A stretch of 64,000 nt of DNA, from positions 1 through 64,000 of the IMG/VR virus record IMGVR_UViG_3300027969_000055; one strand, written 5' to 3'. Shown piece after piece: positions 57,194 through 64,000 of the stretch. The first letter of the stretch is position 1. Each line of letters opens with the position of its first letter. The position numbers and the translations under genes are program-made. Below the pieces are notes generated by a model that was not told the DNA's origin, made no database searches, and saw nothing but the letters and a program-made list of their open reading frames with translations. The stretch is from a virus.

Positions 57194-57256
57194 CTTTTTT
57201 AAGGACGGGTCGCTAATAAATAACATTCTAAAGTACTTAAAAAATAATACAAACAA

Positions 57257-57622
57257 ATGAGCAATTCTGTTTTAAACTACTCACAATTTCTTTTAGAAAA
57301 GAAAGCAATCAACCAAGAAATGGCTGAATTACCTAAAGGTAAAGGTTCAAAATCTAACACTACTGTAAAACCAGCAATGTCTGAACTTCCTAAAGGAAAA
57401 GGAAAGGGTATTAGCAAATCAGTAAAACCTGAAATGGCTACTCTTCCTAAAGGAAAAGGTAAAATGATTGGCAAATCAGTAGATACAAAAGTTTCTAAAT
57501 TACCTACAACTAAAGGTTCTTCACCTAAAAAATCAGTAGACTCTAAAATGTCTAAATTGGTAATTAAAGGTAAAGCTATTAGTAAGAAAGTTGAGCCTAA
57601 CATGGCTAAAATGCCTAAGTAA
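57257..57622 (+). CDS. Lys-rich repeat protein (putative DNA-binding internal protein)
   Basis: VLNYSQFLLE then 19-aa repeats M(A/S)xLPKGKG (57-bp spacing at 57320, 57377, 57434). Confidence 0.7.
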   Translation: MSNSVLNYSQFLLEKKAINQEMAELPKGKGSKSNTTVKPAMSELPKGKGKGISKSVKPEMATLPKGKGKMIGKSVDTKVSKLPTTKGSSPKKSVDSKMSKLVIKGKAISKKVEPNMAKMPK

Positions 57623-57641
57623 TTAAAAAACCCATTCTGAA

Positions 57642-57947
57642 ATGTCAGATCAAAACAAACATAAGGTCACGTCCTTTCAGTCGTTCGTTGTTCAAGAAAA
57701 TTCAATAAAGGATTTAGTTGGAAAAACTGATGATGAGCAATTGGACTTAGATGATGCTCGTAGTATCGGAAAGAAGATTTCAAAAATGAAAGGTGAAGAT
57801 CGTAAGAAATACGTTGGAATCGTTAATTTTATGGGAGCATCTTGTAGAATTTACAATGAGATTTGGGCTAACTATAAACCAGTTGATCCATCAACTAAAA
57901 AATCAAACCGTGGAAAAGAATTCCAAGGTGAAAAAGAAGTAGGTTAA
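57642..57947 (+). CDS. hypothetical protein
   Basis: KVTSFQSFVVQE. Confidence 0.65.
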   Translation: MSDQNKHKVTSFQSFVVQENSIKDLVGKTDDEQLDLDDARSIGKKISKMKGEDRKKYVGIVNFMGASCRIYNEIWANYKPVDPSTKKSNRGKEFQGEKEVG

Positions 57948-57950
57948 TAA

Positions 57951-59090
57951 TTGAGCGCACAAGGAGTAATAGCTGAATCAACCGTAAGTTTTAAAATAAC
58001 TTGGGATAATCCAGGCAATGGTCAACAGCCAAAGTGGGATCAAAATAAACAGTCAATTGAGTTACATCAAACTGATGTTTATCCTGATCTGGAATATGTA
58101 TCAGCATTTGCAGCTCCAATCTATACTAAGTATACGTCTGGATCACTTCTAAATGACTTAATAGTTGAGATCAATAAAGTTATTGACTCTAAATTAGCAA
58201 GTAAGTCTGACAAAAAGAAAAAGGTTGATGAATTGTATCTTAATTCTGGACCTTCTGCTCCTAAACAATTAGGGGCTGGCCAAGAAGAAGATGCTGAAGA
58301 AGATGATGAATTGTATCTTAAGGCTGGACCTTCTGCTCCTAAACAATTAGGGGCTGGCCAAGAAGAAGATGCTGAAGAAGATGATAAATTATATCTTAAG
58401 GCTGGACCTTCTGCTCCTAAACAATTAGGTGCTGGCCAAGAAGAAGAGACCCAGATTAAAGCAGATGATGAGAAGCCCGCTGAGATTATTGATACTAATA
58501 AAGAAGTAGATGATGAACCTAATGTGAAGACTGATGATCAGGAGTTAGTTACTGCAACTACCACCATTGCACCAGAAAAAAGAGCGTCATCTGCGTACAC
58601 AGTTACAGTATACGGAGATAAACTAAGATTTTTAGAGGGTCAAGAAGGAAGAGGAGCTTATTCTGCTGGAATTAAGTTTCTATATAAAGTTTCAAATAAC
58701 CTGACCAAACAAGTAGCTGGAGATAAAATTGATAACCGGGAAAAGATTTGGGCAGAAGTTTCTGGATCTGGTCTATTATCAAATGTAATACGATTTGAAT
58801 TTGCCGAGTTTGATGAAATTGAATTTAAGTTTGGAGGAAATTTACTAGCTCAGGTATTTCCATCAATTGAATTAAGTTTTACGCCTGATCCAAATTCAGT
58901 GTACTCAAAAGAAAAGCCTGAACTTGATATTGCAGATGTTATTAAGGCAACTAATATTACGTTAGGCACCAAAACAACCTCTGAGATTAAGTCTCTACAG
59001 AAACAAATACAAAAAGAAATTGAATCGCGTGAACCTGTTGAAAAACAAAAGCAACCTGGTAAACAAAGCGCTTCGATTGATAATAAATAA
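57951..59090 (+). CDS. hypothetical protein with internal 26-aa tandem repeat
   Basis: TTG start; DELYL..GPSAPKQLGAGQEE x3. Confidence 0.7.
   Translation: MSAQGVIAESTVSFKITWDNPGNGQQPKWDQNKQSIELHQTDVYPDLEYVSAFAAPIYTKYTSGSLLNDLIVEINKVIDSKLASKSDKKKKVDELYLNSGPSAPKQLGAGQEEDAEEDDELYLKAGPSAPKQLGAGQEEDAEEDDKLYLKAGPSAPKQLGAGQEEETQIKADDEKPAEIIDTNKEVDDEPNVKTDDQELVTATTTIAPEKRASSAYTVTVYGDKLRFLEGQEGRGAYSAGIKFLYKVSNNLTKQVAGDKIDNREKIWAEVSGSGLLSNVIRFEFAEFDEIEFKFGGNLLAQVFPSIELSFTPDPNSVYSKEKPELDIADVIKATNITLGTKTTSEIKSLQKQIQKEIESREPVEKQKQPGKQSASIDNK
58227..58447 (+). repeat. 78-bp near-identical tandem repeat (about 2.8 copies)
   Basis: Units start at 58227, 58305, 58383. Confidence 0.9.
59083..59090 (+). promoter_or_regulatory. 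late promoter for tail tube gene
   Basis: ATAAATAA overlapping upstream stop. Confidence 0.7.
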
Positions 59091-59109
59091 CTAAAAAATA
59101 CGAGATAAA

Positions 59110-59697
59110 ATGGCAGGTCTACCACATTTTAAAAATTCAACAGCAGGTCCAGCTAAGTATGAACCCTTGTACCTTAATCAATTTGAGGTGATTATTACTC
59201 CGCCGCCTTTGGTTGCAGGTAAAATCGGCTTTGGTAATAATTTAATGCTTGAACATGTACTTAAGGTAACAAGTTTGCCAGAATATGCAGGTTCAGGTTC
59301 AGCAGTAGTTACCCAAAACTATAAATTCTCTCAAAGAACTTTTGCTCCAGCTAAACCGGCTCAAACATATCATCAATTTACAATTGATTTTGAGGTTAAC
59401 TTAAATAACAATAATGATATGTATATCTACAATGCTTTAAGAGCATGGGCAGATTTAATATACGATCCATTGACTGGTCGTCAAGGCCTAAAGACTGATT
59501 ACGCCGATGCAAGCATTCAAGTAACTCAGTTTAATAGAGCTGGTGTAATTTATAGAGATTTTACATTTGGTCCAGTATTTATTGGTCCAAACAAAATGAC
59601 TGAAACTGTTCTTGACTATACAGCGGATAATTCAATTTATAAGTTAACTGCACAGTTCACAGCAGATGCTTACAAAGAATCAAGAATTGGTCAATAA
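59110..59697 (+). CDS. gp19: tail tube protein (T4 gp19-like)
   Basis: EPLYLNQFEV, LRAWADLIYDPLTG, QFNRAG, LDY. Confidence 0.75.
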   Translation: MAGLPHFKNSTAGPAKYEPLYLNQFEVIITPPPLVAGKIGFGNNLMLEHVLKVTSLPEYAGSGSAVVTQNYKFSQRTFAPAKPAQTYHQFTIDFEVNLNNNNDMYIYNALRAWADLIYDPLTGRQGLKTDYADASIQVTQFNRAGVIYRDFTFGPVFIGPNKMTETVLDYTADNSIYKLTAQFTADAYKESRIGQ

Positions 59698-59715
59698 AAT
59701 AACAGGTATTATCAC

Positions 59716-60372
59716 ATGGACATTTTTAATGTAAAACGCAGAGACAATCCTTCAATGGATAGTTATATGGACCTAAAGAAACCTGGTTTTGGCGGTCCAA
59801 ATTCAAAGGAAGACTTTGATAAATCAAAAAGAAAATCACTTGAAGGATACCAACGAGTAGTTGACAGAAATGCCGATTTCGAAGGTGGAAATTTCAATCA
59901 TAATTATGATCCAACGTGGAAAGCAGTAACCCGTGATTTAATTTCAAGAACTGCAAAGAAAAAACCATTTAATCCAATGTACGCAAAACAAACAATTGCA
60001 ACAGTTAATGCTGTTGAAGAAGGTACTATCAAACGCTTTGAACAATTCGTTAATGAAAACGAAGGTTTTAATATGTTCGCTGAAGCCGAAGAAGAAACTC
60101 CAGAAATGGAAGAAACTCCAGAAATGGAAGAAGAATCAGAAGTAGATCAAGAACAAGTAGAAATGCTAATGGCAGATTTCGGAGACGATCTTGAAGAAAT
60201 GATTGATGAAATCGCTGAAAAAATGGAACTTGAAAAAGAAGAAGTTTGTGATATTTTATGTGCAGCTATTAAAAAGATGTGCGCTCCTGCTGAAGAAGAG
60301 GAAGAAGAAAATCAAGAAGGTGAAGAAGAATCTACTGAAGACGAAGAAGAAGAAGAAGAAACCGAAGCATAA
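59716..60372 (+). CDS. hypothetical protein with very acidic C-terminus
   Basis: IKRFEQFVNE internal motif; poly-Glu tail. Confidence 0.7.
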   Translation: MDIFNVKRRDNPSMDSYMDLKKPGFGGPNSKEDFDKSKRKSLEGYQRVVDRNADFEGGNFNHNYDPTWKAVTRDLISRTAKKKPFNPMYAKQTIATVNAVEEGTIKRFEQFVNENEGFNMFAEAEEETPEMEETPEMEEESEVDQEQVEMLMADFGDDLEEMIDEIAEKMELEKEEVCDILCAAIKKMCAPAEEEEEENQEGEEESTEDEEEEEETEA

Positions 60373-60375
60373 TTA

Positions 60376-60729
60376 ATGAAGCTGATTAAATTATTTGAAC
60401 AATGGGTTTCTGAAGAAGAAAAGGCCGTAGATTCTCCTAAAGCTGAGGATACTACAAAACCATCTAATTCATATAATCTTAAAGTATCAACTAATCAAGT
60501 TGGTAACTTTGAAGTTGTCGGAACATCTGAGTCAGAATTAACAACTGACTCGACTAAGTCATTTAACGTAATTAGCTCTACTAATGCAAGTATTAAGAAC
60601 GGCGCAACTATTATGGTTTCTCCAAAAGCTGATACTGATGGAGAATTTGATATTGTTATTGTAAATGACAAAAGTAAACCGGAAGAATCATTAATTTATT
60701 CAGGCACAGTAGAAACTACTAAATCGTAA
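60376..60729 (+). CDS. hypothetical protein (putative internal head protein)
   Basis: MKLIKLFEQWVSE. Confidence 0.7.
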   Translation: MKLIKLFEQWVSEEEKAVDSPKAEDTTKPSNSYNLKVSTNQVGNFEVVGTSESELTTDSTKSFNVISSTNASIKNGATIMVSPKADTDGEFDIVIVNDKSKPEESLIYSGTVETTKS

Positions 60730-60753
60730 ATTCTAAGTATACAAAATTAAATT

Positions 60754-60776
60754 AGGGGCTTTACTGCCCCTTTTTT
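60754..60776 (+). terminator. intrinsic terminator
   Basis: AGGGGC/GCCCCT stem plus T6; overlaps stop of convergent gene. Confidence 0.7.
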
Positions 60777-61162
60777 ATTGTATATACTCCAGCTAATTCA
60801 CCTATTTCCAATTCAGAATCAATTAGATGTGGAACAAAGGTTATTGTTGAATAGGCTGTATTCAAGAACTTAACCGTATTATTAATATTACTTGTGCTAA
60901 GCCCTGCGTTAACGTAAATTATTCGATTATACTTTCGATTTCTAACATTAACCGCTTTGTCTATGAGTTTCTTAATCTCATAGTTAATTAAGAATGACTG
61001 TATTCTATTTGGGACTAGAATGTCCTGATCAAATTTTTCCTTAATGATTTTATTTACGTTTAGTAAATAGTCACATTTTTGTTTTTTAGTAAAAATTTGA
61101 ATGAATTGTTTTTGATCCTTTACGAAAATTATTTCGAGAGTACGATCTATTGAATCTATCAT
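60761..61162 (-). CDS. hypothetical protein
   Basis: ATGA-coupled to dCMP deaminase. Confidence 0.65.
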   Translation of the reverse strand: MIDSIDRTLEIIFVKDQKQFIQIFTKKQKCDYLLNVNKIIKEKFDQDILVPNRIQSFLINYEIKKLIDKAVNVRNRKYNRIIYVNAGLSTSNINNTVKFLNTAYSTITFVPHLIDSELEIGELAGVYTIKKGQ

Positions 61163-61620
61163 ATCGAATCATGGTCGATTTTTTTAACCTCAATTCCAGC
61201 ACGGCGTAAAAAATCTAAGCCGTGTATATCTCTATATTCTTCAAGATACACAACTCTTTTAATACCTGATTGTAGAATTAATTTGCTACAGTCGGTACAT
61301 GGAGAATATGTGATGTATAAGGTTGCGCCATCGCTACTTTGAGTAGACTTAGCGACTTTTGCTAGTGCATTGGATTCGGCATGTAAAACATACCATTTGG
61401 TTTTATATTCTTTAAACGAACCGTCTTCATTATTAATAGCCTCTTCGCATTCATTTTCAAAACCAGACGGGGTTCCATTGAATCCATCTGATATAATAGT
61501 GTTGTTCTTTACGATTAAAGCGCCAACTTTTTTTCTAGTTGCATGAGATAGCTCTGCCCAAACTTGGGCCATTTTAATGTATGCTATATCTATTTTATGT
61601 TGCTTTTGAGACATTATCAT
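61159..61620 (-). CDS. dCMP deaminase
   Basis: KVGALIV, GFNGTPSG, HAESNA, SPCTDC. Confidence 0.92.
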   Translation of the reverse strand: MIMSQKQHKIDIAYIKMAQVWAELSHATRKKVGALIVKNNTIISDGFNGTPSGFENECEEAINNEDGSFKEYKTKWYVLHAESNALAKVAKSTQSSDGATLYITYSPCTDCSKLILQSGIKRVVYLEEYRDIHGLDFLRRAGIEVKKIDHDSI

Positions 61621-62501
61621 TTAGATTTAAAGGTTTTATCATATATCCATTTAAAAATATCTTCTCCATCTTGGAATAAGATAATATCATTGGAACCTGA
61701 TATAATAGAATTAAAAAGTGTTTTAAAGTCAGAAGTTTGACTGCCGTCTATTTCAATTAAATCTGATATTATTGGAGGTAGTGTTATTGAGGTGAATGGT
61801 TCAGCTATCATTCTTGAAGCAATATCATAATGCCTATCGTAGACATGATATGAGTTTGCAACATGAGTATAGGTTCCTAATTCAAGATCTGGATAAAAGC
61901 GCTTTAGATGAGATAGTATTTGCATTTGTAATGAACAGAAAAATGCAACATCAGTTGCTGTACCCCATATTGCATCATTACTTCTCATGAATACGCTCAT
62001 GTACAACTTATTTTGTCTAATATGTAAATTTGCATACATTGTACAAACAAAATCTTTATTTGAAGAATATTGGTGTTTAGGTTTATTAAAATGTAATACG
62101 GCTTGCCTGGTGTTTTGATCAGTTGCTAAGCTTTGAATTGCCCATTGATACTGGTTTATTTCATGCTCATTCTTTTCGGTAAAGATTAGATTACCATACG
62201 CTGAATTAACCGTTCCATCAATGTTTTGAATTTCTTCCCAGAACTTTGCCCATTTTGAAATAAAAGCTGCATCATTACGACCTGAATAATACCATAAGAA
62301 CTCGGCAGCAATGTACTTCTGCTGAGAACTTCTAACTGAATTTTCATAAAGGCACTGGGTTGGATCTTCAATAACTAACGCAACATCTAATAATTCTTTA
62401 CTAGTGGTACCTCGTGCATTATTAATCAGCCCATCAGTTAATAAAAACTTAATAGAGTCACGATATGCATCAGCAAATGTTAAACCTTTAAATACTATCA
62501 T
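61617..62501 (-). CDS. thymidylate synthase-superfamily enzyme, dCMP hydroxymethylase-like
   Basis: AEFLWY, VNSAYG, TRQA, DFVCT, MRSNDAIWGTATD, SYHVY. Confidence 0.8.
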   Translation of the reverse strand: MIVFKGLTFADAYRDSIKFLLTDGLINNARGTTSKELLDVALVIEDPTQCLYENSVRSSQQKYIAAEFLWYYSGRNDAAFISKWAKFWEEIQNIDGTVNSAYGNLIFTEKNEHEINQYQWAIQSLATDQNTRQAVLHFNKPKHQYSSNKDFVCTMYANLHIRQNKLYMSVFMRSNDAIWGTATDVAFFCSLQMQILSHLKRFYPDLELGTYTHVANSYHVYDRHYDIASRMIAEPFTSITLPPIISDLIEIDGSQTSDFKTLFNSIISGSNDIILFQDGEDIFKWIYDKTFKSK

Positions 62502-62569
62502 ATTTTTTGTTAATTTTAATCAAACTTACAGTTAGATCTTATCTAATATACTAAGAAAATAGAAAAGGG

Positions 62570-64000
62570 TTAAACTATTGTTAGGTCTGAGAAGTGATCG
62601 GTATTTTCAACTTGGATTTTTGTATCAAAATATTCTTCCGGAAGTGGGTCATGTGAAATTACAAAGACTGTCATGTTATATTTCTTTGAAAATGTTTTAA
62701 GTAAATCAACTACTCTAAATATTGAATCAACGTCTAACGACGAAAATACTTCATCTAAGAAAAGAAGATTTACTTTATTGTGCTTTAGTTTAATTAGTTC
62801 AAGAATACATAAAAGTACGATTAAATTCATTTTCTTTTGTTCTCCAGAAGACAATGAGTCTGGTGAAACTTGCATTCCTAAATGAGTAATGATTGGATTA
62901 AATTCCAAATCAAACTCAAATGCAAATTTGAATTCAAGAACCTTGGCAGTCTTTAAGATCTTCTTGTTCAATAATGGAATAATTTGACTCATTAACATCC
63001 GCTTCATACCATTATCGGATAGAATCATTTCCATTTCTTGAGAAACTTTTAATTTTTCGGCTTGGCTGGCTAAACTAGTACCAGCGGTTCTTATTTCAGT
63101 TTCGATATTTTTTATTACTTCAACTAGGTGTTTATCGGACGTTTGTTTACCTTGCTGAGATAACTGTTGGATTTCTCTCTTTGCTGCGGACAACTGTGCA
63201 TCAATTTTATAAAATTTATCCTTTGCTTGACTTTGATTATTATCAATAGTAGATAAGGTAGATTCAAAACCTTTAATTTTTTCAGAAATATCTGGGATTG
63301 AAGTTTCCTGAGTCTCCTTTAATTTTAACAATTTATCTTTGATTTGACTGTGAATTTCATCAGTTAAGTCGGAAAGGCAGTGAGGACACTTATTTTTATT
63401 GTAAAGATCAAGTTTCTTTTGTATTTCTGAAATATTTGCTCTAACTGTAGTTAATTCATCACGAGATGTTCTAACCATTGTTTGTATTTCTGAAAGCTTT
63501 GTTGTAAAACTACCTGCTTCAACCCGAGCTGTCTCTTTTAACTCAACCAATTTAGCAAGTTCGGCAGTTAGTTCTTCAATTCTAGCTGTGTTAGTTGCCT
63601 GGATTTCGTTTTTTAAATTTTCAAGTTGGTTAACTGATGATTCTAATAATCTTTGGTTACTTGCAATTGAAGACTCAAGAGGAGTAATTTCTCCCTTAAC
63701 TCTTTTAGTATCTTCTTTTGCAATTTTAGACATATCATTAACAATATCTAATCCAAAAATTTTATCAATGATTTGGCGCTTATCTGCTGGGCTCAACTTA
63801 ACAAAACTTTTAAAGTCGTTTACTGATAAGCTAATAGTATTTGAAAATACGTTAAACGGTAACTTAGTTAGTTCCTCTTCAATGAAGTCATCAACTCTTC
63901 TTTTATCTGGTAAATTATATTCAGCTCCGTCAATTGATAATTTTGAAAAATTTGGCTCAAGTCCACGTTCTATATCAATAAGCCTACCATTACCAGTTGT
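62570..64000 (-). CDS. gp46: SbcC/Rad50-like recombination ATPase (T4 gp46-like), 5' end outside window
   Basis: Zn hook CPHC, signature LSSGE, Walker B LFLDE, ISH; frame open to window edge. Confidence 0.88.
   Translation of the reverse strand, partial: TTGNGRLIDIERGLEPNFSKLSIDGAEYNLPDKRRVDDFIEEELTKLPFNVFSNTISLSVNDFKSFVKLSPADKRQIIDKIFGLDIVNDMSKIAKEDTKRVKGEITPLESSIASNQRLLESSVNQLENLKNEIQATNTARIEELTAELAKLVELKETARVEAGSFTTKLSEIQTMVRTSRDELTTVRANISEIQKKLDLYNKNKCPHCLSDLTDEIHSQIKDKLLKLKETQETSIPDISEKIKGFESTLSTIDNNQSQAKDKFYKIDAQLSAAKREIQQLSQQGKQTSDKHLVEVIKNIETEIRTAGTSLASQAEKLKVSQEMEMILSDNGMKRMLMSQIIPLLNKKILKTAKVLEFKFAFEFDLEFNPIITHLGMQVSPDSLSSGEQKKMNLIVLLCILELIKLKHNKVNLLFLDEVFSSLDVDSIFRVVDLLKTFSKKYNMTVFVISHDPLPEEYFDTKIQVENTDHFSDLTIV

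Noticed and set aside
58227-58447. Possible CRISPR array (also considered 54277-54738 and 26184-26310)
   Set aside because: Contiguous in-frame coding repeats with no unique spacers and no cas genes
61617-62501. Canonical thyA
   Set aside because: Lacks PCH and the dUMP-specifying Asn, so the symbol is withheld
1-64000. Stop-codon reassignment as in some jumbo phages
   Set aside because: Core genes are intact in code 11, and both TAG and TGA end genes at sensible junctions (e.g. 21592, 16283)

Overview
AT-rich, gene-dense 64-kb segment of a large T4-like (Myoviridae-type, probably jumbo) bacteriophage using the standard genetic code. A Bacteroidota host is suggested (inference) by A-rich, Shine-Dalgarno-less starts and a Bacteroidota-like ClpC. 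Virion genes: portal, prohead protease fused to a scaffold, major capsid, gp2, gp4, neck, tail tube, gp5/gp25/gp53/hub-like baseplate proteins. Replication and nucleotide genes: C-terminal half of a split PolB, primase, UvsW/UvsY, SbcC/gp46, DinG-like helicase, dCMP deaminase, and a thymidylate-synthase-fold enzyme with dCMP-hydroxymethylase residues. Accessory genes: PlcP-like phosphoesterase plus GT2, ADP-heptose-type cluster, ClpC lacking its N-domain, DnaJ, MoxR-metallopeptidase-VWA trio, DUF2589 pair. Two promoter classes are visible: ATAAATAA (late) and AAAC(T/C)-N14-16-AGTATAAT-like. The most unusual signals are four. (1) One gene (12049-12798) is closed by a 5'/3' UTR inverted repeat, and its 3' UTR is complementary to two hairpins of a compact structured element 22 kb away (34865-34928), a candidate trans-acting RNA switch. 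(2) About 24 proteins carry a T4-like capsid-targeting motif that also matches the 14-aa scaffold repeat; the cargo includes an annexin-lysozyme fusion and a MoxR ATPase/metallopeptidase. (3) One protein's C-terminus mimics the major capsid N-arm. (4) A possible cytosine-modification plus sugar-nucleotide pathway is present. All functional calls come from motif recognition by eye, with no database searches.
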